A program made the translations under genes and the position numbers. Below the pieces are notes generated by a model. The model saw only the letters and a program-made list of their open reading frames with translations, was not told the origin of the DNA and made no database searches. From contig NC_043011.1 in the NCBI RefSeq assembly GCF_006345805.1, positions 46,574,464 to 46,638,463 on the forward strand: a stretch of 64,000 bases of DNA, given 5' to 3'. Source of the stretch: Octopus sinensis. Lineage: Eukaryota. Of this stretch, positions 1-14,464 are shown piece by piece (the stretch's first letter is position 1; every line of letters begins with the position of its first letter).

Positions 1-911
1 AAATGAAAAGGTTTTGTTGCTTGGGAGTATGAAAAAGACCTTGTGAGTGGCAGGTGTCAACTGCTTTAACTAATAGATTTATAAATACATTTATTAGTCA
101 ATCAATAAAATGAGATAACTGAATCAAATAAAATACAAAAGCTTTTTATAAAAGCTTCAGCAAAGTCTTCGATAAAGTGAAATATTAGTTGTATTTTGGG
201 TACTTTTATTTATCTTCTTTTTGAAAAAACCCCAAAAACATAGATATAAAATTGCACCAAGAGTTATTTTACAGTATCAGCCAGGAGAGAAAAATGCATA
301 TATAATCATTTGAACTAGTTTAAATGCTTTCAAAAAAAAAAAGACAAATTTAAAAACTTTTATTCTCTTTTTTTTTTAAGTGAATGTAAGACTCACCTGT
401 GTCAGCATTTAATACCAGCGAAAGAATTTGAGGAAATGTGAAGAAATGACAAAATGTATCAAAAAAAAAAAAAAAAAAAAAAAGAAATTGATGACATTTT
501 AAAGTTCATGTATATTTAAAAAAAAGAACCCAGCAAAATGGACTTCATCATCATCATCATCATCATCATTATTATTATCAACATTATTATTATTACCATT
601 TCTTTACTATGTGTCATAGTGTAAAACTTTACTTTTCTAAGGAAGTGTGAAGCTGAACTTTCTTCATTACAAAAGAAAGAATACATTTACTCTCAAGGAT
701 GAAATGTGATACATAAATGGAAGTTCAGTATCTTTTTCTTTCCCATCATCTCACATCAAACGCACACATGCACATACATTCAATTTAAATGGATTTAGTT
801 ATTCAGTATATACTCAGTGTGTGTGTGTGTTGCATATAGGGGATTACAGGCTAAAAGAATACCCGGAATTCAAGAGTAAATAAATTAATTAATTTAGTAT
901 AAATAAATGTT

Positions 912-1116
912 CCGTCTGGCACCTGTGCGGGTGGCATGTAAAAAGCACCCACTACACTCACGGAGTGGTTGGCGTTAGGAAGGGCATCCAGCTGTAGAAA
1001 CACTGCAAGATCTGACTGGGCCTGATGCGGCCTTCCGGTTTCACAGACCCCAGTTGAACCGTCCAACCCATGCTAGCATGGAAAGCGGACGCTAAATGAT
1101 GATGATGATAATGATG
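912..1116 (+). mobile_element. (GAT)n-tailed retroposon 3' end (RTE-type LINE tail or RTE-related SINE)
   Basis: ggcgttaggaagggcatccagctgtagaaac...catgctagcatggaaagcggacg-(GAT)n. Other copies at 7625-7815(-), 21006-21153(+), 31070-31235(-), 44589-44650(-), 46168-46229(-) and 49125-49200(-). Confidence 0.7.
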
Positions 1117-1254
1117 AAATGATTGGTTTGTTATTTATTATAATTACTGTAATTCCTTGACTACCACAGGTGTTATGCTCCAAACCACCTTGCGATAGGT
1201 GAAAATCCACAAAGAAGAAACAGTACTGTACTGTATTTTTCTTTCTATTTTTTT

Positions 1255-1628
1255 CTTTTATTTGTTTTAGTCATTTGATTGCAACCATGCTGGAGCACCA
1301 CCTTTAGTCGAGCAAATCGACCCCAGGACTTATTCTTTGTAAGCCTAGTACTTATTCTATCGGTCTCTGTTGCCGAACTGCTAAGTGATGGGGACGTAAA
1401 CACACCAGCTTGGTTGTCAAGTGATATTGGGGGGACAAACACAGACACACAAACATATATATATACGATGGGCTTCTTTCAGTTTCCATCTACCAAATCC
1501 ACTCACAAGGCTTTGGTCAACCCGAGGCTATAGTAGAAGACACTTGCCCAAGGTACCACCTAGTGGGACTGAATCTGGAACTATGTGGTTCGTAAGCAAG
1601 TTACTTACCGCACAGCCACTCCTGTGCC
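1255..1628 (-). mobile_element. SINE family A (tRNA head ggcgcaggagtggctgtgtgg, internal microsatellite, (AAAGAGT)n-like tail)
   Basis: Aligns end to end with about 15 other copies in this window. Confidence 0.85.
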
Positions 1629-2032
1629 TATACTTTTTATTTTTTATTATCTTTCAAATTTTTATAATTTAAAAATTTTTTGCCTCTATGTATACTTTTT
1701 TGTATTTTTATAATTTGTATATATTTGTTTTATTATAAAAGGAATCGATGTAAGCTTAAATAATAAACCACGATAGATGAACCGCGATGTGGCGAGAGGT
1801 TATTGTATTGATTTAACTAGATGGTTCAAAGTCAATTTAATTAAGAGACAGCAGTGAAGGTGTGTGTTACTAAAATGTAACAGTCTGTGATAAGGTGGAA
1901 AAGTTCAATGATCTATTACTTCGGTTGGCAGCAAAAAGATTTTCAAGCTAATGACCAAAACCAACTAGAAACGGCAACCAAATTTTTCTGAAATCATACC
2001 CTTACTCGCTTTTAAAAAAAATGGACAGGATA

Positions 2033-2465
2033 GGCACGGGCGTGGCTGTGTGATATGGGAAGAAGTTTGCTTCCTAACCACGTGGTTTCACATTCAAGTT
2101 CATTGAGTGGCACCTTGGGCAAGTGTCTTCAACTATAACTCTGGGCCAACCAAAGCTTTAAGTTTGTTTGGTAGATGGAAATTGAAAGAAGCCTGTCATA
2201 TTGTAAGTGTGTGTGTGGTGTGTTTGTGAGTGTATGTGTGTTTGTGAGTGACTTTCAGTTGGTGGTTGTACCCCCAACACCACTTCACAACCCATATTGG
2301 TTTGTTTACATCCCTATAACTTAGTGATTCAGCAAAGAGAGGCTAATAGAATATGTACGAGGTTTTAAAAAAAATTAAGTTCTGGGGAAAATTTGTTTCA
2401 CTAAACCCTTCAAAGTAGTGCCCCAGCATGGCCAGTCCAATGACTGATACAAACAAAAGATAGAA
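2033..2465 (+). mobile_element. SINE family A, diverged copy
   Basis: Head, ccttgggcaagtgtcttc core, microsatellite and 3' body are present. Confidence 0.75.
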
Positions 2466-2719
2466 GATGCTGAATAATATAATCTTAGGTTTCTTGTAGA
2501 TAAGAAAAAGACTAGATGGTCATGGATTGCCTCTGATCATAGATCTGCTCACTTAAGTTGGTTGAGTGCCGAATAGATGCTAATTACAACACTGAAGGGT
2601 TTCACTCACTGAGTGATGAGCAAATTGTACGAGGGTTCTGTATGGAGTGTGACATCCATCATATCATAGATTTTTAAAGCTTACGATAGTAACCCTCTCA
2701 CAAAAATATGTCTAAATCA

Positions 2720-3135
2720 GGCGGCGAGCTGGCAGAAATGTTAGCATGCTGGGCGAAATGTTTAGTGGTATTTCACCCATTGCAACGTTCTGAGTTCAAA
2801 TTCCGCTGAGGTCAACTTTGTCTTTCATCCTTTCAGGGTTGATTAAATAAGTATCAGTTACACACTGGGGTCGATATAATCGACTTAATCCGTTTGTCTG
2901 TCTTTGTTTGTCCCCTCTGTGCATAGCCCCTTGCGGGCAGTACAAAAATAGGTATTTCGTCTTCTGCTACATTCTGAGTTCAAATGCCGCTGAGGTCGAC
3001 TTAGCCTTTCATCCTTTCGGGGTCGATTAAATAAGTACTAGCTACGCACTGGGGTTAATATAATCGACTTAATCCGTGTGTCTGTCCTTGTTTGTCCCCA
3101 CTGTGTGTAACCTATTGTAGGCAGTAAAGAAATAA
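2720..3135 (+). mobile_element. SINE family B (ggcggcgagctggcagaa head, CORE-like gactttgcctttcatcctttcggggtcgataaattaagtacc), tandem dimer
   Basis: A full copy at 2720-2955 is followed by a headless second copy at 2955-3135. Confidence 0.8.
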
Positions 3136-3499
3136 AAATATGTCTAAATTGTTTGTACCTGATGCAGTTTCCAAATGGTGCATTGCGGCACATTCGTGCT
3201 CTGCAATATGTAGCATATGTATTTAGAGGTGGGCCATTAAAACAATAAAATTATATTGTGATAAAAACAAACAGAAATTTTTAATATAAATAATCAATAA
3301 CAATGCTTTATTTTTTGAACAAAGAACAAAGTATTGCGTAATGTTTTGTAGTTTTAATTATCTAGATTTACAGACTAAAAATTATATATAAATTACTAAT
3401 GAATACTATTATTTATTAAACATTTTTACTTTAAGTACAAAGCCAAAATATTTACATTTGTTATAAAGTGAGCCTTATACAAACGTGGTTTGAGTAGGC

Positions 3500-3830
3500 C
3501 CATGGCTTAGTGGTTAGAGAGTTCACCTTGTAATTGCAAGGTTGTGAGTTTGAATTATTGACTGGACTGTGTGTTATGTTCTTGGGCAAGACACTTTATT
3601 TCACATTGTTCCATGTTCACTCTGTCGTAAAATGAGTTGCGACATCACTGGTGCCAAGCTGTACTGGCCCCTTTACCTTTCCCTTGGATAACATTGGTGA
3701 CATGAAGAGGGGTGGCTAGTATGCAAGAGCGACTGCTGCTCTTTCATAAACAACCTTGCCCAGACTTATACCTTGGAGGGGAGCTTTTTAGGTTCAATCC
3801 CATGGTCAGTCATGACTAAAGGGGCTCTTT
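3500..3830 (+). mobile_element. tRNA-SINE, Meta-like family
   Basis: Aligns to 23575-23890. Confidence 0.7.
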
Positions 3831-5324
3831 ACTCCTTTACAAACATAGATTGAAAATCATTAGTTGTTGTGTAGCTTCAGGTCAGCCTTGCTCCAAGAAT
3901 CCTATGGCTCAAACGTATCAAATAAGTATCAATTGAGTATAGAGTGTCGATGTAATTGACTGAAATCCCCACCTACAAATTGCTGGCTTTGTGTCAAAAT
4001 TTGAAGTTAATGTTTTTGTATGTTGTAAGGCAGTGAGCTGGCAGAAGAATTTGCACCCTGGGAAAAATGCTCAGCAGCATTTCATCCATCTTGAAGTCCT
4101 GAGTTCAAATACTGCCAAAGTCGACTTTGCCCTTCATCCTTTTGGGGCTCGATAAAATAAGTACCAGTTGAGTACCGAGGTCGATGCAATCGACTTACCC
4201 TACCCCAAAATTGCTGGCCTTGTGCTAAAATTTGGAACCAATATTTTTGTGTGTTGCAAGTGTGTGTTGGTGGTGGGGGAGATAGCAGTACTAATTCTGT
4301 AGGTAGCACACTTCTTTTATTTAAAGAAAACTAAACATAAAAATTTGTAACTCAGTGTAGTAGACAAGCTTAATGAAATGAAATGAGGATGTAACAATAA
4401 CATTGCTTTACCGGCTAGAAACAGTAGTTAAATCTCCTTCAAATCACATCAGACTTAAAACAATATGCAAAAATAGATGAAATATATGAGAAATACATGA
4501 TGCAGAATAGAATGTGCTTATCGCCATATGCTGCAGTTGTCTACCTATGATGAAATTTGTCTTAAAATGTTTAGTACTTTTGATATTATGGTAAGAAAAC
4601 ACATGAAAGTAAAAGTCAAAAGAAGTGGAAGACGGGCAGTGATAAAGTTTAGAGTATTAAGTAATGGACAGTTGAGCTTGGTGGCTTTCTGATTGATTGT
4701 TCAATGCTAAGGTTAAGACTCTTACTGAAATGTTTTGCTGCTTTGCTTCAAAGACTAAAATTTAAATCCTGAACTCTGAGAAGTGAATACATTGACAAAA
4801 GAATATTTTTAGTTGTCAGTGATGCATAAAGAATGGAAACATTGCGGTTTGTGAGATATATTTTTTCACATTGTAAAGGAGGACATCAAGTATTTTCTGA
4901 GTTTCTCATGAGATTTTTGTTCTTGGGTTGTTCCGTAACCAAAGAAAACAGTAATTTACTCTGAAACAGTTGATCAACCATGCAACAGTAAAAGTTATTC
5001 ATTGAGTATAACTCTATTCTAATTTCCTTATGAGCCAATGAGAGGGCATCCTATGTGGTCCTTCAACCTGCTAAAAACAGCAGCAATAATTTTTCTCAAG
5101 AAACATATACCCCGGAAAAATTGACAGAATGGATAACGAAGTACTAGAACTGTTGGAACAAAAACCAGGATAATCAAAGTTGGAATATCGCTGATCAGTT
5201 GATTTCATAATTAAGGTTAGTAAGGGATTAAACCACAACAGCCTGATCTCCTTACCTTCTGGAGATAGTAAAGGTTAACTTGGTATTATTTTTCACCAGG
5301 GCATACATATTACTAGCATAGTGT

Positions 5325-5514
5325 GAATATAGCTGTGTGGTTAAGAAACTTGCTTGCAACCACATGGATTCAGGTTCAGTCCCACTGCATGGTATCTTAA
5401 GTGAGTGCCTTCTCCTAGGGCCCTAGTTAAACCAGTGCCTTGAGTGTGAATTTGGCAGATAGAAACTGTGTAGAAGCCAACCAAATAAAAACATATATAT
5501 ATGTATGTGTGTAT

Positions 5515-5553
<39 letters not shown>

Positions 5554-5822
5554 GAAAGAGAATGAGTGACCGAAAGAGAGAGAGTGAGTGAGTGAGAGAG
5601 GGAGAGAGAGAGGAGGGTATTTGTTTATGCTTATGTTTGTTCCCTAATTGAAAACTGATGTTGGTTTGCTTATATCTGCAACTTAGCATTTTGACAAAAG
5701 AGATTGATAGAATAAGCACCAGATTTAAAAACATTACTGGGGTTGACTTGTTCAACTAAAACCCTTCGATGCAGTGCCCCAGCATGGCCACAGTCCAACA
5801 GCAGGAACTAATAAAAGATAAA
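5325..5822 (+). mobile_element. SINE family A, diverged copy
   Basis: Same modules as the other copies, with an expanded internal microsatellite. Confidence 0.75.
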
Positions 5823-5889
5823 GATGTTGGAATTTTTAGACAAAGAAAATAATTAACTCAATTTTTTACCCTCTTGATATTAATGGCTC

Positions 5890-6252
5890 TTTTACTTGTT
5901 TCAGTCATTTGACTGCAGCCATGCTGGAGCACCACCTTTAGTCAAACAAATCAACCCCAGAACTTATTTTTTGTAAGCCTAGTACTTATTCTATCGGTCA
6001 CTTTTGCCGAACTGCTAAGTTATGGGGATGTAAACACACTAACATTGGTTGTCAAGTGATGGTGGAAGACCAACACAGACACACATATATATTTATATGG
6101 GCTTCTTTCAGTTTCCATCTGCAAAATCCACTCACAAAGCTTTGGTCAGCCCGAGGCTATAGTAGAAGCCACTAACCGAAGGTGCGAGGCAGTGGGACTG
6201 AACCCGGAACCATGTGGTTAGGAAGCAATCTTCTTACCACACAGACACTCCT
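5890..6252 (-). mobile_element. SINE family A
   Basis: Family alignment; tail-to-tail with 5325-5822. Confidence 0.85.
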
Positions 6253-6648
6253 ATTTTGTTTTCTAAATCTCAAAGACAAATTTACCTGTTCAATTTCACA
6301 ACATTGAAATCAAAGAAAAATTATTGATGTGCAAGGATGATGCCAGCTTTTAGTCTACCCTTTGACCAAAAAGTATACAGTTTTCTACTAATCTGCCAAT
6401 CCCACTTATTATGTCATTGAAATTTACTCTGTGATTACAAAAGCATTGGAATTGAATGTAAAAAGAAAATACAGCAGCGAATTTAGAACACAGTTTTGTG
6501 GCACAATTGTGGTCAGTTTCTCATACTAGGATGTGTGAGTGGTGATTTTCCTTGGCAACTTCTGATTTGTAGAATCCTCATCAACAAAGAATGAAAGATG
6601 GCACAGAATAATAGGATGAGCACACCTGTTTAAATCGATTGTGTATGT

Positions 6649-6691
<43 letters not shown>

Positions 6692-6770
6692 CCAATGAAT
6701 TGTAAGTAGACTTTGGTAAAAAAAATCTGCAGAAACGTGTAAATTTGTATATGTGTATAAACACACACTC

Positions 6771-6829
<59 letters not shown>

Positions 6830-6928
6830 GTCTAATGACTTGAAAGCAGACTTTGGTAGAAAAATCCTCAGAAACATGTGTAAATGTGTGTATGTGTATA
6901 CACACACACTCATGTGTGTGTGTGTATA

Positions 6929-6960
<32 letters not shown>

Positions 6961-6961
<1 letters not shown>

Positions 6962-7153
6962 TGTTAATTCGCTAGCCTCTGCACGCTTTTTTTTCTCTCC
7001 TTGTTTCTTTTCTGTGTATCTTTCTGTTGAAGAGCGTAGGCTCGAAACGTAAAAGACTTGTTTTATTTATATTCCTGAGTGCCATACTAATACAATTGTT
7101 TGTTTGTATTCCACTGCCTTTGTCTTTTGTTTATTTTCATAAAGCTTCCCATT
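6961..7153 (+). mobile_element. Short Penelope-like (PLE) repeat fragment carrying a minimal hammerhead-like motif
   Basis: Homologous to 38130-38280 (minus) and weakly to 15695-15790. Contains tcttt-CTGTTGAA-GAGC(GTAG)GCTC-GAAAC-GTA-aaaga. The PLE assignment is inferred from the known association of minimal hammerheads with PLEs. Confidence 0.6.
7019..7057 (+). ncRNA. Putative minimal type-I hammerhead ribozyme (variant core)
   Basis: Stem I tcttt(7019-23)/aaaga(7052-56); core CTGTTGA+A; stem II GAGC/GCTC with a 4-nt loop; GAAA; palindromic loop-less stem III ACGT; GUA triplet ending at 7051. Confidence 0.5.
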
Positions 7154-7867
7154 ATATATATATATAACAGATCTTATACATATCTATATACCGGTGTATA
7201 TATTTGTGGCTTATTTATGTTATTTATATCATGATTTTTACATTTCAACTTAGTGGTTTCATGACTAGATCAATAAAATAATCACTAGTATTGACATTAT
7301 TGACTAAAACCCTTGAAGGTAGAAACCCAGAATGGCCACAATTCAATGACAGAAACTAATAAAAGGATGTGTCTGCATATATGAAATCAAATAAATTCAA
7401 ATATCTATTTCAAATATAGAAAAGCTACACTTAAAAAAAGTGTTTCTTAGTCTGTGAAAATCCAATGAATGATGGTGTAGAATTCCTTGCCTTTCACATT
7501 GCACAGTACCAACATTTTTCAGTCAGAGTATATAGTCATTGAACCAATCCTCAAGCATTAACTGTTTCTGATTTATTGAATTAAAAAAAAGAAAATGAAG
7601 TCAACCGTAGCAGGATTCAAACTCCTATTTCAGATGGATAACATCATCATCATATTCATCATCATCATCATCATTATTATTTAACATCTATCTTCCATGC
7701 TGACATGAGTTGGACAGTTAGAGAGGATATGGTAAGCGAGAGGACTGCACCTAGCTCCACTGTCTGTTTTGATTTGGTTCTTACAGCTGGATGCCTTTCC
7801 TAATGCCAATCACTTTATTAAAGCCTTTGGAGGGTCTCTATGTCATTATGATTATAATTACTCAAAG

Positions 7868-8252
7868 GGAGGCGCAATGGCTCAGTGGTTAGGGCAGCGG
7901 ACTCGCGGTCATAGGATCGCGGTTTCGATACCCAGACCGGGCGTTGTGAGTGTTTATTGAGCGAAAACACCTAAAGCTCCATGAGGCTCCGGCAGGAGAT
8001 GGTGGTGATCCCTGCTGTACTCTTTCACCACAACTTTCTCTCACTCTTACTTCCTGTTTCTGTTGTACCTGTATTTCAAAGGGCCGGCCTTGTCACTCTC
8101 TGTGTCACGCTGAATATCCCTGAAAACTACGTTAAGGGTACATGTGTCTGTGGAGTGCTCAGCCACTTACACGTTAATTTCATGAGCAGGCTGTTCCGTT
8201 GATTCAGATCAACCGGAACCCTCGTCGTTGTAACCGATGGAGTGCTTCCATC
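7868..8252 (+). mobile_element. tRNA-derived SINE (Arg-like head, OR-type)
   Basis: A-box TGGCTCAGTGG, anticodon-like ctcgcgg (TCG), B-box-like ggtttcgatacc, then about 300 bp of non-tRNA body. Confidence 0.7.
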
Positions 8253-8440
8253 CAATTACTCAGTGTGGCATAGCATTTGAAGCTCCATCAAATCATGCCC
8301 AGCTGCCTTAAAAAAGGGACCAACACATTGGGAAATGTGGTCCTTAACATAAACCTAAAAATATGGGAAGAACTGTCTCTGATCATAGGTCCAATTAATT
8401 GGCTTGACCTGGGGGTAAGCGGCAAGAAAGCAAAAAGAAA

Positions 8441-8640
8441 TAAGGTGGTGAGCTGGCAGAAACGTTAGCACACCGGGTGAAATGCTTAGCGGTATTTTGT
8501 CTGTCTTTATGTTTTGAATTCAAATTCCGCCGAGGATGACTTTGCCTTTCATCCTTTCAAGGTCAATAAATTAAGTACCGGTTATGACCTGGGGTCGATG
8601 TAATCGACTTAATCCCTTTTTGTGGGCAATAAAGAAATAA
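8441..8640 (+). mobile_element. SINE family B
   Basis: Family alignment. Further + copies at about 4028-4245, 30025-30240 and 48330-48455. Confidence 0.8.
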
Positions 8641-9314
8641 GAAAGCAAAAAGATAATGTATACATATTACACTGGGAAATGTAATGAGTATGCGTTTTTC
8701 CTAATAGTCCCTTTTGCACAAAGAACAAATAATTAAGTGTAAACTACCATAATTAACGTAATGAGCCAAAAATAACTTTTAAACAATAATATCTGTGAAG
8801 AGAATAAAATGATTAGCATTGATAATAATTCGTTTTAAGAGGAACTCCTAAATTTAGACTCATTAAAAAAATAAATAGAAATGTACTGTGAGGAGTAAGT
8901 CTGATATTCTAGTTATAGAGACAGCTACGTCAATGTTTCATGTTTATTAAACCTCCTCAGGGAAACAGACTGACTGGTATACCACCAAATCTTTGACTGA
9001 TTATTAGCATATTTAGTTTTGATACGAAAATTATTCACCTATTCACTAATGAGGCAATGTAAAATGATGATGTTATGTGTATATGGCATCGACAGTAGCT
9101 ATCAAATATCTACCAACTAATCAAACTTTTGTTTGCAGCTATGGAAGTGAAACAATGCTAAATTCTATTTGATATATTACATAATTAAAAATATGCTTTG
9201 CAATATGTAATAAAAAGTACAATCAATGACAAAAGTGACTATTATTCTCCACAAAATTGATCAGTATTCCAATATATTTAATTACAAATTTCATTCATTC
9301 ATAAAATAAAAATC

Positions 9315-9401
<87 letters not shown>

Positions 9402-9676
9402 TATACATATATACATATATATATACACACACACACACACACATGTATGTGTGTGTGTATTATATACATATATTGATTTTAAATAGTTAAAAAAATAGAT
9501 TCCATCTTCAATAAAAATGGTAACACGGCAGAAACAAAATCCAAAATAGAAAAATACTGTTATAAAGTGATGCATTCATTATTTACTTCCTTCTGTTTGG
9601 GAAAAATGAGACATTGTGAATAAAAAAACTTTGCTTCAAATAACAATAACTTTAAAAAAATTCTAACATAATAATG

Positions 9677-9711
<35 letters not shown>

Positions 9712-9712
<1 letters not shown>

Positions 9713-10258
9713 TGCAGTTCCAGGCAGTGACTCTCATGGCTTCTAATCTTAATTGATTGGAAATGTTATCATAAAAATTGTTTTGTCTTGGTATAAAAGA
9801 TAGGCTACAGCAAATATTCTACTCAATAAAACAGATTTGCTTGTCAGTTGCTTGACCTGAACCAGTTGAGCATGTCTCTTGGTGGTTGACGATATGTGTA
9901 TCTCTGATCACAAGCAGAAGTAGTGGGGGAGCATCATAGCCATGTGTTGAAAGGAATTCTTTGGGGTTTGGATAATTCACCTCTGGAAACATGGGGGTTT
10001 TGTTCAAGATCCTTAAACAACCCTTATTCAGGGACCTTTTGAGTGGGATGGGCTACCCAACCTGAAGAAAATTCTAACTGGGTCCCACCTGCAAGGTCAT
10101 GTGCTGTTTATCTTGATATGAGACACCATGTTGTGCACATATGGTTGTGATGCATGTGCCTGGTGTACCCTTTCCAGACGGGTAGTCATGATGAGTATAC
10201 TGGGCTTCGTATATTTTACCCCAGTGTCACTTTGATGGCATGCACTGCTCTCTCACTC
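9712..10258 (+). mobile_element. (AAT)n-tailed retroposon-like repeat family, copy 1
   Basis: Homologous to 47870-48305 and 48574-49060 (both minus). Ends gcactgctctctcactc-(AAT)n and has AAT arrays on both sides. Confidence 0.75.
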
Positions 10259-10299
<41 letters not shown>

Positions 10300-10766
10300 A
10301 ACTGAGGTAGTTATAGTAGTAAAAATAATAACAACCAAAATAACAATCTCTTTGTTTTAATAATTATTTAATAACAAAAACAATAATGTTCTTTTTTGTT
10401 CTTGTTATTAAGAAAAAAACCCTATAATATAAATGTAATCCATGCAAAATAAAATGATATCAAGAACTACTAATGAAAGAGAGATTTGGCAGAGGTGGCA
10501 GGAGGGGTGTTGGAAGTTTGTTTTAAAACCTCACTCACACAAATGTGTGGGTCCCCATCTTCAACCACATCCCAGTTTTTCTCCTTTATTTCTATACTTC
10601 TAATAATATTTCATCGGTTTGAAATAGAAATAACATATTGACGTCAAACAATTTATTATAGTTATCAATATATCTACATCTATATGCGTGTACATATTAA
10701 TATCAATATATCAATAGCTATGCGTATCAAAATTATATGTGTGTGAGTGTATATATATATATATAT

Positions 10767-10805
<39 letters not shown>

Positions 10806-11171
10806 TATATATATATATAATATATATATATATATTATATATATATATATATATATACATATATATATGTATATATCTATATCTATATATATATATATAT
10901 ATACACATTCACACATACAGATCTTTTTCTTTTCTCTCATTTCAGTTTGAGAGCTGTGGCCATACTGAAACAAACACGCATACATATATACATATATATA
11001 AACGTATGCACACACACACACACTTAAAATAGCCAATAATTTTTTCAGAGAATTTATTTAATGAATATAGAATTGTGGAATTCTGATTATGCTTGCATAC
11101 ATACACACAAATACAGAAATATATGCATACGCAGATATATCTGCATACGTATTTGTGTGTATGTATGTATA

Positions 11172-11217
<46 letters not shown>

Positions 11218-11223
11218 GCAGAC

Positions 11224-11260
<37 letters not shown>

Positions 11261-12468
11261 TACACATACACATATGCATGCACACACACACTCATACAGG
11301 TACACTCATAAATATATATGCATGCAGACACTGTAGTGAAAGAATGCACTGAAAAAATTCAATTATCAATTTATTTCAAATCCTGATACTGCAAGAACTA
11401 CAATAATCACATATTACCAAACAAAGACATTTTCCTGACTTCAACACAAATAATACGTATTTTCTTTCATAATGGCTTCATATAATTTTTTTTCTGTTCC
11501 TTTTCTGTTTTTTTTTTTTAAATCAATATTTTAAAGACACGTTTTCTCTAGTTTAAAAAGAAAAAAAAACAGCTTTTTCTTTTCTGGGTTACATCTTTTA
11601 TTTTGTATAATATCAAAGAAAGTCCAAAATTATGTAAGGCTATTGAGAGAATGTTCCACATTTGGGAGCTGCAATAACACTCTACAACTACTTACTGTAA
11701 AATCCAGTGAGAATTTAATATTTAAAGCCTCACATTTGCTTGCATCATTTATGTAACAAGTAGAAACAGACATTATAATTGGTGACTAAGGGAGATAATT
11801 CTCCTCACAATTGTTTTTTTAAATAAGCAAACAATACAAAGATCAAGTTGGAATATAATTAAAAATAGAATAGAGAATTGAAATTTTTGACATTCAATCT
11901 TTTCCTCTGTAAACATTTTGTTTTTTTATCAGAGACTCAAGGAAAGCATGTATATATCAAAAAGACTAAATACAAAACATTTTTAGATAAGTGTTGAAAT
12001 GTAATATCAAGAAAATTCATCTTAAAGAATATTAAATAAATGGATGAAATTGTATTTATTGATCTCTATTTTTTTAAGAGGGCACAGGAATATGAATAAG
12101 AACATGAAGAATAAATAGTTACAACTTGTATCATTTATAACATGAAATAAAAAAAAAACCTGCTAAAATCATACAGTAGGTCAATATAATACAAATTGAA
12201 AACAATAAATAATTTGTGCAAATTCAGCAAAATAACAAGAAAGTATATTTGCAATGAGACTGAAATGGTATTAGGAGAATGAGAAAATTAGATTGTAATA
12301 ATTCAACTCTTCAAAATTCAATACAGAGCAAGAAAAAAAATGCAATAAACAGAAACAAATATTCAAAAGACTATGTGCATATATGTATATACACAAACAC
12401 ACACACATACATGCAAATGACATACATACACTCAACATACACACTCACATATTTACAGATACATACAT

Positions 12469-12499
<31 letters not shown>

Positions 12500-12567
12500 T
12501 ATATATATATATACATATGTATATGTATATATATATATTTATAAATATATATATGTATGTATAAAAG

Positions 12568-12606
<39 letters not shown>

Positions 12607-13033
12607 TTGTATGTATTATTTATTATTTAAGTGTGTGGGATCACATACAGATTTACTTGAAACAAACAAAACTCACATAAATGTGCATACTCATTCACAG
12701 AAATATACACACATTTTCAAACACACACACATGTTTATATATATATATATATAATTATATATGTATATATATATAACATATATATATATAACACCTACAA
12801 ACAGAGTCACATACATACATGGTATGTTTATACACTTGTAGTAAAACTGCATAGAATCTGGTGTATCTATAAATGTGATAAAAGTTTTGAAATCCTGCTT
12901 CATAAGGTTTCATATAGCCACTCACAAAATCTAAGATGTCTGCAATCATCCTTTGTGGACGTGAGAGTAGTGCAGAATATTGCAAGCAATGTAGATATGA
13001 GATGTGATGTATATGAAGTTTTGACATAAGCTG

Positions 13034-13073
<40 letters not shown>

Positions 13074-13094
13074 CAGAGAGAGAGAGAGGGATGG

Positions 13095-13771
<677 letters not shown>

Positions 13772-14303
13772 AAGGTGAGTGAGAGAGAGAACAAGAGAGT
13801 GAACATGTGGGGGATGAGATGATTATATTGAACTGCAAAATTGAGAAAGTATAACCTATTTCATGTTAAGAATGTGTGTGGGGTGGAGAGGGGGATGAAC
13901 GTGTCTGTGTATTTCATTTCAATGCTTACTTACAACTTGCATGCTGTTTTATATGGGGAGATCACAAACTGTCTCCAGATTCATCACAGTCTGAAACAGT
14001 TGGTCGTCACAGTGGCCTCATGAGAAACAATACATGTGTGTGTATGTATGTGTGAGAGAGAGAGAAAAGAAAAGAGGGAGTGAAGGAAAGAAGAGGAGTG
14101 GGAGATAGTGGGGAGAAAAAGAGGGATGTTGGAATAATTTTGCAGTATGTGAATGGAAGGACTGTAGAGTTTTTGGCTTAATTACTGGATTAATTATTGG
14201 ACAAACACATTATTTAATAAATGGACAATCAGAATGGAAATGTTAAACACTGACAAGTTAAATTGAAACAAATGTATTCTCTTTGTGTGTGCATAAATAT
14301 ACA

Positions 14304-14384
<81 letters not shown>

Positions 14385-14397
14385 CTATATATATAAT

Positions 14398-14430
<33 letters not shown>

Positions 14431-14433
14431 CTG

Positions 14434-14464
<31 letters not shown>

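Noticed and set aside
7868-7945. tRNA gene
   Set aside because: A/B boxes are present but there is no acceptor-stem pairing, and it continues into a SINE body. The same applies to the other SINE heads.
12842-13027. Overlapping open frames on both strands between microsatellites
   Set aside because: No recognisable homology; short open frames are common in unique AT-rich patches.
13936-13992. 57-nt minus-strand exon candidate (cag|...|gtaagt)
   Set aside because: Stops in all three frames and a weak polypyrimidine tract.
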